The notes under the pieces are model-generated. The model was not told where the DNA came from. It worked only from the letters and a program-made list of their open reading frames with translations, and made no database searches. 64,000 bases of DNA from Octopus vulgaris (lineage: Eukaryota): assembly GCA_951406725.2 (NCBI GenBank), contig OX597834.1, positions 33,914,001 through 33,978,000 of the forward strand. The letters are read 5' to 3'. A program made the translations under genes and the position numbers. Of this stretch, positions 11,050 through 23,800 are shown piece after piece (the stretch's first letter is position 1; each line of letters opens with the position of its first letter).

Positions 11050-12322
11050 TCATTATTATTATTAAGGCAGATATATTACTGTGCCTGACAAAAATGCTGC
11101 TCAGCATTTTCCAATCTTTAGATTCTGGGTTCAAATCTCAACAGGGTCATCTTTACTTTCCATCCTTTTGGGGTTAATAAAATGAGTACCAGATGGATAT
11201 TGAGACTGATGTAATCAATCAGCCCCCTCCCCACAAAATTACTGCCCTTGTGGCAAAATTTGAAACCATTATTATTATCATTATTATTACTATTATTGTC
11301 ATCAGCATAATTAATCATTATTATTATAATTATTATTATTATTATTATTATTAAAGTGGCGAGCTGGCTGAGTCGTTAGCATGCCAAGCATTTTGCCTGG
11401 CATTCTAACGACTTGGCCAGCTCGCCACCTTAATAATAATGATGATGATGCTGATGACAATAATAGTAACAATGATGATAATAATAATGGCTTCAAATTT
11501 TGCCACAAGGGCAACAATTTTGGGGGAGGGGATGAGTTGATTACATTCCTCCCCCCACCAGTGTTCAACTAGCACTTAATTTATTGACCTCAAAAGGATG
11601 AAAGGTAAAGCTGTCCTTGGCAGAATTTGAAATGCTTAGTGGTATTTCACACATTGCTATGTTCTGCGTTCAAATTGTGCCGAGGTCAACTTTGCCTTTC
11701 ATCCTTTTGGGATTGATAAATTAAGTACCAGCAGAACGCTGGGGGTGGTTGGGAATCAATGAACTCGACTACTCCCCTCCCCTCAACTTTCAGGCCTTGT
11801 GCCTTTAGTAGAAAGGGTTATTATTATTATTAAGGTGATGAGCTGATAGAATTGTTGGTATGTGAGAGGAAAATGCCTAGCAGCATTTCTTCAGGCTCTC
11901 TAAGTCCTGAGTTCAAATTCCACTAAGGTCAAATTTACTTTACATCTTTTTGGGGGAAGGGGAGGGGGTTGGTCAATAAAATATGTACCAGTTGAGCATT
12001 GGGGGGGGGGGGGCAATGTTAACAACTGTGACCCTCCCCCAAATTACAGGCCTTATGCTTACAGTAGAAAGAATTATTATCATCATCATTTAGGATGTCA
12101 AGATGGTAGAATTGTCAATAAATCAGGCAAAACACATAGAAGGATTTCTTTTAGCTTTTTTGCATTTTGGGTTCAAATCCCACCAAGGTCAACATAACTT
12201 TACATCCTTTCAGGGTCAATAAAATAAAGTATGAATCAAGCACTGGAGTTGATGTAATCAACTAACCTTCTCCCCACAAAACTGCCAAAATTTGAAATCA
12301 TTATTATTATTATTATTATTAT
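11050..12322. mobile_element. Chain of at least five family A SINEs in both orientations, linked by (ATT)n
   Basis: Repeated SINE heads and cores (gagttcaaat, catccttt..gataaa..agtaccag). Confidence 0.75.
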
Positions 12323-12966
12323 TGAGTGAGAGAGCAGTGCACTTCATCAAAGTAACACTGAGGTAAAATATATGAAGCCCAAGTATACCTATTACGACTA
12401 CCCATCTGATAAGGGTACACTAGGCATAGGCATCATAACCATATGTGCACGACATGATGATCTTATAATCAAGATAAACAGTGCATGACCTTACAGGTGG
12501 GGGCCCTGTTAGAATTTTCTTCAGATCGAGTAGCCCATCCCACTCAAAAGTAGGATATAAGCTTTTAGCAAAGTTTCCCATGCTGGACAGATCAAAAGAT
12601 ACCGACCAGATTAATAAGGATCACCTCTTCCTAACAAGAGCTGAGAGAGGAAAACCTTCCCCCAGAGAAACATCAGGACAATGTATAAAATGGGAAGGGC
12701 AGCAAAGTAGTAGGTGGGGATAGAAAGGGATTTACGTAGGGCCCACAGTCCTACCTAGAAAAAAGTAAGGTTACAGAAACATTAAGAATGGTTCTAATCC
12801 AATCCATGGGAAAAGGCTTTCTCTCAGGGAAACCAAAGCAAGATGGTACAGTCAAATCCGAAAGGAAGCACCAAGTTCCAGTTTGAGAGAGGCACAAAAG
12901 ACAACCCAAAGTCAAAAACAGTGGATAAAAGTATCTATGGCCAATGCCCCAGGGGAAGTGAAGAGC

Positions 12967-13192
12967 TTAACCCTTTAGCATTTAAACTGGCCACATCCGG
13001 CCCAAATATTCTACATGTTTTATATTCAAACTGACCAGATTCAGCTTCTCACGCATACCATACAATGTTATACTAAAAAATATACAATCACATGACTGAA
13101 ATCTTTGAAGCTGCGAGATAATGCACGATTAATTGAAACCGATTTCAATAAATAAGCAATTTGTTTGACTGAGCAATTTGCTAATGAGTTAA
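12967..13192. mobile_element. TTAA-flanked piggyBac-like MITE
   Basis: ttaa-ccctttagca ... tgctaatgag-ttaa. Body shared with other copies in the window. Confidence 0.6.
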
Positions 13193-14384
13193 TTAAGTAA
13201 ACTAACGTTAGGTATTACAATTAATATGAGAAGCTGCAAGAGAGATGCGTGAAGCATCTTTAGGAATGAGTGTTAGCAAAGTAAGGTGAATAAGTTGTCT
13301 TAAACTAGGAATTAAACTAGCATTTATATATGAGGGTTCACCTTGAGCTTTTGTTTTACTCAATGGTGTTGTTGGCATTTTATACAATATTGTTAGGTAA
13401 TAAAATTGTAACATTGATGAGTTTTAATTCAAAATTAACAAATACAATTAATGAAAAACAAATATCGCTGAAAAGCAAATAGCAATGGAAACATAGAGTG
13501 TATATGTATATATGTGTGTGTGTGTGTGTGTGTGTGGGTAGGTGTATATATGTGTGTGCGTGTGTGTATATATATCTATTTATCTATCTATATATAAATA
13601 TATATATATATACACATATATAAACACACACAAATATTATACATAATATGAAATATAAACTGACAACAGACAGAACTGACAAATAGAAAGATAGACCTAC
13701 CTGGCAGTTCAGAAGAAAGGTAAATGGACCTAAGTCTTGGAGAGAGAGCGTCAGAGAAAAGAGAGACAGACAGACAGACAGAGAGAGAATGACAGAGAGA
13801 AAGATAAAGGTAAAAAAAAATGGTCACAGAAAGAACTTGTTATAATTCCTCTATGATGGAATACGGAGATGATTACAATGGCAGAATGATAGTATACCCA
13901 AGCAGAACACTGCTAACACACGGCACAACAACTGTGGTAGCAATGGTGGTGAGATCTCACACTAGGTGGCCACACCTTTAATCTTTCTTCGGATCAGTTA
14001 GCAGTAAAAGCATCTTTACCACCACCATCACCACCACCACCACAACTATCAATCACCACTGCCACCACCATAACAATCAATCACCAATCACAACCATAAT
14101 CATCATCATCATCATCATCACAGAAAGCAGCAATAATAGTGAGAGGGAGGTTTATAAGGAGTGGTAGTATTAGTAGAGAAAGAAGAGGAGAAGAAAAACC
14201 CGATACAAAAATGGATGTGATGTGGGTAATTTTCTTTTTCTCTTGATAGCAATCAGGATTAGGGCGGAGGAAGCTTTATAGCTTTTCAGCTGGAATAATG
14301 TTAATCCATTCTAATCTGCTGTAATTTCAGTCGTTTTCATCATCGTTATTATTATTATTATTAATAGTGTTATTATCATCATGA

Positions 14385-15200
14385 AAAGCTGATTTCAGCA
14401 GAAGTAGTGGATGTGTTGAGCTGCTGTATGAGGACCAAATTTCCGGGACTGGATGGTCTGTTCAACAAAACTTTATCATTCTATTCCAGATTTGTTCGTT
14501 ATTAACTTGGAAGCATCAAATTGAGGGCACTCCCAGTGATTCGAGTCAAGGAGAGGCGATACTTCTGAAGAAGGATCCAGAGTAGCGGTATTTATAGACA
14601 ACATCAGGCCCGTAAACCTGCTAAGGTCGCCACTGTTAATCATAGTCATTCTGTGGGTGGTCTTGGATTTGGTCCCAGATGACCATGTTGGGGCTGCAAA
14701 AATTCCTGGACTATTATGCAATGAAGATAGAAAACAGGTGCAGCTACCATTCATGTGAGATATCTTTCTGTAGATCATCTCTTTGATTGAGTTGCTGTCT
14801 TAGATTAAATACAGACTGGCATTGGATATTTGTCATTTGGGATGTTGTCGGGTACTCACTGATCTCTACCAGTTGGACAATGAGGATGATGAAAAGTCAA
14901 GCTGAGTGTTGTGTAAGGGAGTCAATGGAGAGGGCAAATGACAAAGACCTGCAAATGATTCTGTGCTTCAATGAGAACAATCTGATCAATCGCTTTTGGA
15001 GGACTTTCAGGTTGGGGGTTTATGAACGATTTCCAAAAGTCCTTAGTCTGATAATGTCGGAGAATGAGGGAGAGCTTTGTTTGGGACAAGCTCTACAAGC
15101 ACAGAAGTACCAGTGACCAAACCTGTCTGGGATAATGCACAGGGCAAAGAAACTGTCCGGCACACACACATTTAGTGACAAGCAAATTACTGACCGGTGG
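14385..15200 (+). mobile_element. Decayed, internally deleted L1/Tx1-clade LINE ORF2
   Basis: Across frameshifts: LISAEVVDVLSCCMRTKFPGLDGL, LYHSIPDLF, ILLKKDP, IDNIRPVNLL (RT N-terminal motifs), then GGLG and WDKLYKH...C..C...ETVRH (C-terminal zinc motif). Confidence 0.6.
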
Positions 15201-15610
15201 GTTTTTGTCAAACAGCTCCCTCTCACCTACCCACCACCAAAAGCAAACCACAAATCAAACATTTAACCTATGCTGTTGAGGCCCCTTTGCAGCTTAAGTC
15301 AAATACTCCTCATCATCACCACAGAGAACCATGCAGTCATCATGTCTTTCAAGTTACCTCTTCAAATAAAAACTCCCAGTCTTTATTTACCTACAGAATG
15401 AAAGAAAGTCTTATACTGCTGCTGTGAATCTTAGGTAGCTAAATCCTTCCCTACATCATATATGCTCTTTCAACCATAATGATGGTAGCCAGACTCAAAT
15501 TTTGGACACACTGACAAATAAACCCATGAAGAGTAAGAATAAAAACCCGTTCAATGCAGTAAAGACTCTTTAGGTCTTCAGTCCAAATGGCAGGCAACTA
15601 TTATAATACC

Positions 15611-15840
15611 TCTTTCTTTACTGCCCACAAGGGGCTTAACACAGAATGGACAAACAAGGACAGACATCGGATTAAGTCGATTACATCGACCCCAGTATGT
15701 AACTGGTACTTATTTAATCGACCCCGAAAGGATGAAAGGCAAAGTCGACCTCGGCGGAATTTGAACTCAGAATGTAACGGCAGACGAAATACGGCTACGC
15801 ATTTCGCCCGGCGTGCTAACGTTTCTGCCAGCTCGCTGCC
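15611..15840 (-). mobile_element. Young family A SINE with target-site duplication
   Basis: CpGs retained. Flanked by ttataatacc at 15601-15610 and 15841-15850. Confidence 0.8.
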
Positions 15841-16500
15841 TTATAATACCACTGGCAACCATTATAATACCACTGGCATGATAAGCTACACCTTAATTGT
15901 ACACTGTGAAGAGATTTATGATTTATGATAGGTCCACCCTCAATAATTATTATCTGGTTCAGTGGCAGAATAAATGAAGATGTGCTAAAATGTAACCCTT
16001 CCCTTGTTAAGCTCTGCCATTTCTGCTTACCTTTTTACTGGCACAAACTGATTAGATTTTGGGATCGATCCAGTACCAGACAAGGATTCTGGATTATTTC
16101 TTATATTTACTTTACACGATTACGACCTTATATTAACTTTCAAGTCTTTCTCAATTATCTCCATTTAGGATGCAACTATTTTGAATGGTGTATTTGTTAA
16201 CTTTGGCTTGTAAAAGATAAGGATAAACTATTTATTACTGTTACTAAGTTTTCTACAGCCACCTTCAGATTTGATGACTACCAATGGGATCGATCAGGTA
16301 CTGGACAAGGATTCCGGATTATTTTTCCTGTTTTTTTACTTAATTTTGGAGAGCGGCCGGGTTCATTTTTAGTATTCTCATTTGTAAGAGCAGTCAAGTT
16401 TATTTCAGATATTCTCATTTTAAAAAGAGGATAAGTCAATGTAAACAACTTATCCTCTCCCCCAAAATTTCAGGCCTTGTGCCTATAATAGAAAGGATTA

Positions 16501-16534
<34 letters not shown>

Positions 16535-16783
16535 CATTACTATTATCAAGGGAGGTGGTGTAAAAGATTCATTAAAGTAGCAGAAAAAAATCTGCCTTGT
16601 GGCATCCGTTCCAGCTCTTTGCTTTCTGAGCTCAAATCCTTTCAAGGTCATCTTTGCCTTCCATCCATTTAGGGTCAATGAAAATACAATAACAATCAAG
16701 AACTGGGACCACCATAAACCAGTAGCCCTTTCCTCTGTAAGAAAGCTGGCTCTGTGACTAAATCAGAAAATCGTTGTTGTTGC

Positions 16784-16816
<33 letters not shown>

Positions 16817-17529
16817 AGTTGATGTTGTTGTTGTTGGTATTGTCGATGTTGTTGTTGTTCTCGATCATGGCATTTTAGACGAGATTATTAATCGGATCAG
16901 AGTGGAAGAGACAATCAGCCGATCAAATGTCAAGCATAATACCAGAGACATGGAAACTCTTTGTGTCATTAAGAGATGAGATCCTAATGGACACACAAAG
17001 ACAGGATGGTCAGACAATCCGGATGATGGTCGTGTGTATGATTCCACCCTCTCCTCTCGGTTCCACTCACTCACTGCGTTCTACATAATGGTGTCCTAGA
17101 GAAGGATTAAGTAGCAATGTTATCAATAAATATTATCATCATCATCATCATCAACATAGTCATCATCACCATCACTAGTAACTTCATGGTCAATATCATC
17201 ATCATCATCATTATATAATTATTTATTATCAGCATCACCATTGTTGTCATATCATTGCAGTCATCATCATCTTCCTCTGGGTCATTGTTGTCATCATTGT
17301 ATATCATTGTCCTCTTCCTCCTCCTCCTTGTCATCATCATCACCCTTGTTTTAAGTATTGTGGTTGCTATCATTGTCGTCCTCATTTTCACAGCCATCAA
17401 CACCATCATCTTCCTACTACGATCAGACAATCTCGCCCACCCAGCACCTGCACACATAACACTAGATCTACGAACACTAATACTACTACTATTAGACCTT
17501 CCAACTCACCTCTAACATTCCTAATAAAA

Positions 17530-17760
17530 GCAGTGGGAGATCTATTCACTGCTATACACCACCATTCGCTTTAAACATTAAGGGCCTCGCTGAAGCTTTC
17601 TTTAAAATAGCAGAATCCAATTTCCCACATAATCATAAGTACCATTCTATCTTTAACAGATTCACTTTGAAATTATTCTATTCATCTACACCAAATATAG
17701 AATCTATTACCACCTCACCTAATAAACGTAAACTTAGCTCTTATTATCTAAATGCATACA
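17530..17760 (+). mobile_element. Penelope-like element ORF fragment (linker between RT and GIY-YIG)
   Basis: Translates RSIHCYTPPFALNIKGLAEAFFKIAESNFPHNHKYHSIFNRFTLKLFYSSTPNIESI, matching the PLE pattern W.NPP(F/Y)...F..I..HFP..H.LH.IFNR.T.K.SYS..PN. Confidence 0.65.
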
Positions 17761-18191
17761 AACGTACCATAGACCTTCACAATGAAAACACTAACACCGA
17801 CTGCAATAACATCTCTAATACCCCTGGCCCAACCACTTTAAACAACTTAAACATAGATAATATGGTCCCCACCTCGGAGGGTAATGGGCGCACAGATGGA
17901 ACCAATGCAAACACTAATAGGTACACTGATACTAACAGTACTAACTATACTACAACCACTACAACTAATAATGCATATACTTCAACTACTAATAATATTA
18001 ATACTAGTGCCAACCGCAATATTACCATTACTGAAAACAGTTCTACTACTAACACTCCTACCGCAAACACAACTACTAATAGATGCAACAATAGCATTAC
18101 TAATACCACATCCTCTACCACTGCTAATACTAACACTACTACCAACGATACTACTACTGCTGCTGCTGCTACTACTACTACTATTACTAGT

Positions 18192-18482
18192 CCGAAATGG
18201 CACAATGGACAAAACAAGATTAGTGATGAAATAGGATGTAGATGCTGGAACTGGACTGGACACGTCCACAGACAAGATTGAGAAAGCAATTGTATGGTGG
18301 TCCTAAAGGGGCAAAGAGCAGCAGGGTGCCTTAATATCACATGGTGAAGGGCCATTGACAAGGAAAGGAGAAGAGAAGTGGGAGAGAAGCTAGAATGAAA
18401 CCAGAACAGTGGAACAGAGCTGGTAGGAGAGATCATGTTGTGACCTTATGTATCAAACGGCACAGAGAGAATCGACTGACTA
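18192..18482 (+). mobile_element. RTE-clade LINE 3' end
   Basis: Translates ISDEIGCRCWNWTGHVHR...KGQRAAGCLNITW*R...VVTLC, like the RTE C-terminus RW.W.GHV.R...G.R..GRP..TW.R...V.ALC. Contains stops. Confidence 0.65.
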
Positions 18483-19057
18483 ACAAATATTACCTAATGT
18501 ATCTTTCCTCTATATTTTTTCCTTAAATACTCTCACATGATTAGCAAGGTACCAGGGAGGACAGTGATCTGGCTGGCATTTCTAGCAGACTGAACAACCA
18601 CATAGATACTACCCAGATTCCAACAGAGCACTCTAAGCCACTGACCACACAAGGCTCTGCCCTAATCAACAACTAGCAAAATCAAAAACGGATATAAAAG
18701 AAAAAAGGAAAAAAAACAACCAAAATCATTGTATTTACATGAAATCCATATCATCATAAATCTTAATCTCAGATAGCTCTACTGAACAGATCTCAGTAAT
18801 CTCTTAAGAGGCAATATTCTAAATTTTCAACAGATTATTATTATTATTATTATTATCATTTTTGACATCATCAACATCGATGTTGCATGAGTGAATTATT
18901 ATGTGAGGTTAGAGAGAAATGAATGCTGAAAATATGTACGTAAGAGCTTGTGAAAGCAGCCAAGGCATTTATTTAAACTGGAGAATGGGCATCAGAGTGT
19001 AAATGCCAAATGATAAATACACACACACACATATAATGTGTGTGTATACAATATGTG

Positions 19058-19094
<37 letters not shown>

Positions 19095-20099
19095 ACACAC
19101 ACACACTAACACATATTCACACAAATACATATACATTTAAATATATATATGTGTGTGTATATATATGCTTATGCATACACACAAACACATACACACACAT
19201 TCAAGCAAACATAGAGAAATACAAAAATATCTTTAAAAAGAACTATAAAACTGGAACATAGACATTTTGTTAATAAAACAACAAAAATCCCCATCACCAC
19301 CACCACTCCATCATCATCATCATCATTTAACATCCACCTTCTGTGCTGGCAAGGCTTGACTGGTTTGATAGGAGCTGCTAAGTGAGAGGATTGTGCCAAG
19401 CTCCTCTGTCAATTCGGTCTTGGTTTCTACAGCCAGACGCCCTTCCTAATGCTAACCAGTTCATAGAGTGTACTGGACACTTTCTACATAGCACCAGCAC
19501 CAGTGAGGTCACCACGTAAGTTGCAAATTATTACCCCTCAACTGAGGAGGAAGCAATATTGTGGTGGGGTGCCTGTGTGCCAGGTGAGGAGATGTTAAAG
19601 TATGACAGAAGAGACAGGAGGAGGTGAATTTCAGTAGAGGAGACACACAGACACCCCAGCTGGAAAAGGAGAGAGAGAGGAGAGGAGAGAAAGATATTGA
19701 AGATGTGTTGGGGCATACACTCAAGTTACAAGGAAGTGTATATAAGTGGTATGTAAGTGGTATATAAGTGTATAGAAGTGGTATGCAAGAGGATTAGATA
19801 GGGTGAGTGGGCAGGTAAGTTCATGAGTGCAAAAGAGTGGGAGATGGAATGGAGGGGAATGTGGTGATGAGTTCAGAGGGAGAGATTCATGAGGGACAGA
19901 TTGTGTGCAGGGGCATGGAGGGCATTGGAGGAGGTGGCCTTGCACCAGGTGATGAGTGGTTAGAGTGTGACAGAGGGATACAAACAGGTGTCTAGCCGCA
20001 GAGGAGATACATGTATAAAAATAGAGAGAGAAGATATATGTGTGTATACACACACATATATGGTAAATGAAAGCTGGAAGATATGAACATTTTTATTAG

Positions 20100-20200
20100 T
20101 CACTACAATTGTTTCAACACATCTAGCATCGATCCCTCATGGGTGGGATACTTAACTAGTTCAGGAGCATTCGACAGTGTAGATGTGTCTCTTCAGGCGA
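20100..20200 (-). ncRNA. Type I hammerhead ribozyme motif with canonical core
   Basis: Minus strand tcgc-CTGAAGA-gacacatcta..tagatgtgtt-GAAA-caattgt-A-gtga, then ctAATAAA. 10-bp stem II, palindromic helix III ACAATTGT, GUA site. Confidence 0.7.
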
Positions 20201-20501
20201 TAAATAGATATAACTCGTTAAAATAACAGTTCCACAATGTATCATCTCATTTTGTGTAAAGAAAAGCAGCAAAACAAGGGATATATATTCATTTATATAG
20301 AAGATCAATAATAAAATAACAGATGCAAAAAAGAAATAAACACACAATACAGCAAAAAATAGTATTAAAAATAACCGTTAATGGATCTGGATGTATAAAC
20401 GCCCTTGCGTAAGTTGTATGGCACATGGACACTCGGTCATATTGTAGTGACAAGCCTGAATCACAATGGCAGTAAGAGTAGAAGAGAAAAACAGGTCTTA
20501 C

Positions 20502-20647
20502 CTTGGAATTTTAAACAATGCTCTCATGGGGTGCTGCTCAGAAAGGGGTGGGTCACCATCGGCTAATTCAATTGCAGTGACCCCTAGTGACCAAACATCA
20601 CACCGAATGTCATAGACATAATCAAGTTGTTGCTCACATGCAATTAC
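20502..20647 (-). CDS. MYO3: Myosin III kinase exon (subdomains IX-X)
   Basis: 146 bp, ttttgcAG|GTA...AG|GTAAGA. Translates [58 protein letters not shown] and [11 protein letters not shown] are myosin III-typical. Confidence 0.95.
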
Positions 20648-21339
20648 CTGCAAAAGGAGAAAATATCAACTCATTAGCAGGTGTGTGTGTTTGTGTGTCT
20701 TTGGGTTTGTGCTTGTCCCCCACTACTGCTTGACAACCAGCGCTGGTGTGTTTACATTCCCCTAAGCAAGCAGTTTGGCAAAAGAGATTGCTGGAAGCTT
20801 CTGTAGTTGAACCATCTGTGATTTGCACAAAGCTTAATGGGTTTTTATACACGATGGTGATCGCTTTAACAGTAGTTCATCAGGATATGTAACATGACCC
20901 ATCTGTTGACATTTCAAAATCATTATTATTGTCATCATCATCATCATAATCATAATCATAATCGTTTAACATACATTTTCCTCACTGGCATAGGTTGAGC
21001 TGTTTGATAGGATCCAGTGAGCTGCAGGGCTGCATCATGCTCCATGTCAGTTTTAGTATGGTTTCTACAGCTGGATGCCCTCCCTAACACCAACCTAACT
21101 GTCTACCTGGGTACTTTTTTCTTTTACCTTTTTTGATGTCAGTAGTACTAGTGAGGTCTCCAAGTAACTTGCAAGATAGGAAAACAACAACAAAAGGGAA
21201 AAAGTCCCTTTGACTGAAGGAAAGGTGGGGAAGAAGATTATTTGTGAGTGGGGAGAGATGGTTTTATGTGAGGGACAAGCAGAGGTGTGTTGCCATAGAG
21301 AAGATAAATTGTTATCCTGCATTATATAAGGATAGGTGA

Positions 21340-22290
21340 GAGTACATTTTCTGTCTTTTCCTTAATGATTTTAAACTCTTCTAGGATTCCTCTTTTCAGG
21401 ACAATGTGGTAGTCTTGGTCTGTCTTTGAGAAAGCTGTCTTGGTTCCATCTTGGGATGAGATCAATATGAGGAATAAATTCAATGATGGAGCATGGAGTT
21501 ATAGATGTTTGACACAAGAGGTGAGAGTGTAGGTTCTCTGCCTTTCTTTGGAAATGGCTTAATTGAAGGCTTTGAAGAAGTTTTCAGTTTGTTTCTTTTA
21601 CAGGTTTTGTTGAAATCATGGGATGCAGCAAAGTGGATGCAAAACTATTTTAGCAGATGAACTTATTGATTGAGTCAATATCACAAGATGCTGAACGGAT
21701 GAACAATCAACAAACGGTCAATGGCCGGGATCAAACACTTCAGTTAATGAACCACTGTTATCGTCTGTAGTCGTTGCATGCAACAGATGAGACAATCAGT
21801 TTATTGAAAGACTAATATGACAAGTTGTTCCAAGCAAGTTGCTCGACCGGATGATGATGGTAGTGGTGGTGGTGGAGGCAGTGTTAGTAGTGGTGGTGGT
21901 GATGATGATGATGATGGGAGATCACGTAACAGAAATCCATCAGACATTTGGGGACTCTTCAAGATGATGGCACAAGACTTCTTAATACATCTTGAGAATA
22001 CTAGACCCAAGCATCTCAATGCAAAGAAGCCATCAACGAGGTTGAAAGCCACCTCTTCTACCTTGTTCCAACAATCAGAGAGGTCAGTGACTTTAAGTAC
22101 CTTGGATCCTATGTTGCTGGCCATAAGAAGAATTTCCTGATATGCAAGGGACAAGCCTAGAGTTCCTGTAACAAGCTCCAAAACATTTTGCAATCAAGTA
22201 CTTCCAAATGAACGGGGCTGGCCTTCTTCAGGGGATGCAATAGGGAGACAAAACCTGAACTATGATGAAACAACTTCAAGATGGCCTTAA
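21340..22290 (-). mobile_element. Possible very decayed LINE ORF2 fragment
   Basis: Non-repetitive stretch with weak resemblance to the EN-RT linker of Jockey/CR1-group LINEs (NSFAST, LHAPSLNLF). No diagnostic motif. Confidence 0.25.
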
Positions 22291-22779
22291 TTATATTTAT
22301 ATCTTTTATCTTTAACCTGTTTCAGTCATTAGACTGAGGCCATCCTGGGGCAACACTTTCAATTTTTAGCCAAATGAATCAAGCCCAGGACTTTGTTTTC
22401 CAGCCAGGTACTTATTCTCTTGGTTCCTTTTGCCAAACTGCTAAGCTATGGGGGATGCAAGCACACCAACACCAATTGTCAAGTGGTGGTGGTGGTGGGA
22501 CAAACACACACACACACATACACAAACTATAGGCTTCTTTCAGTTTCTGCCTACCAAATCCACTCACAAGGCTTTGTTGGCCTGAGGCTACAGTAGAAGA
22601 CGCTCACTCAAGATGCCATGTCAGTGGGAATGAAGCTGAGATTAACCAATTGTGTTCAGCAAACATGTGGTTCTACAGTCAATCCTACTTCCGGCAACTT
22701 CTGCAAAACCACTTTATATATATATATATAATATCTACACAGCCTTGGGTTTTTTTAATCTCATTACGCAAAAAATTCT

Positions 22780-22819
22780 TATATATATATACATATATAT
22801 ATTTGCATAATTATATATA

Positions 22820-22853
<34 letters not shown>

Positions 22854-22929
22854 CATAATTATATATTTGCATAATTATATATATTCATATATATATATAT
22901 ATATATATATATTTTCATAATTATATATA

Positions 22930-22963
<34 letters not shown>

Positions 22964-22977
22964 CATAATTATATATA

Positions 22978-23011
<34 letters not shown>

Positions 23012-23027
23012 TTCATAATTATATATA

Positions 23028-23067
<40 letters not shown>

Positions 23068-23157
23068 TACATATATACACATATGCATACATAGATATTA
23101 ATGCATACATCATATATACATATATATATATATATGCATAATATGCATATACATGTC

Positions 23158-23200
<43 letters not shown>

Positions 23201-23295
23201 TCTTATATATTTATTTATGCAGATTCACACACACGTGTATATATGTGTATGGATACTCATATATATATTTTCATAATTATATATTTGCATAATTA

Positions 23296-23334
<39 letters not shown>

Positions 23335-23342
23335 CATAATTA

Positions 23343-23383
<41 letters not shown>

Positions 23384-23384
23384 C

Positions 23385-23429
<45 letters not shown>

Positions 23430-23443
23430 CATAATTATATATA

Positions 23444-23495
<52 letters not shown>

Positions 23496-23531
23496 TCATA
23501 TATATATATATATATATATATATTTTTTTCA

Positions 23532-23622
<91 letters not shown>

Positions 23623-23800
23623 TACATATATACACATATGCATACATAGATATTAATGCATACATCATATATACATATATATATATATATATGCATAATA
23701 TGCATATACATGTCTATACACACACTCACACACACACATATTCTTATATATTTATTTATGCAGATTCACACACACGTGTATATATGTGTATGGATACTCA
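22780..23800. repeat. Compound (TA)n array with ttttcataatta units and a direct duplication of about 200 bp
   Basis: The block gcatacatatatacacatatgcatac...ggatactcat occurs at about 23065-23260 and again at 23620-23801. Confidence 0.85.

Noticed and set aside
17667-18281. 204-aa Thr/Asn-rich ORF resembling a mucin
   Set aside because: Chimera of a Penelope remnant, (ACT)n repeats and an RTE tail.
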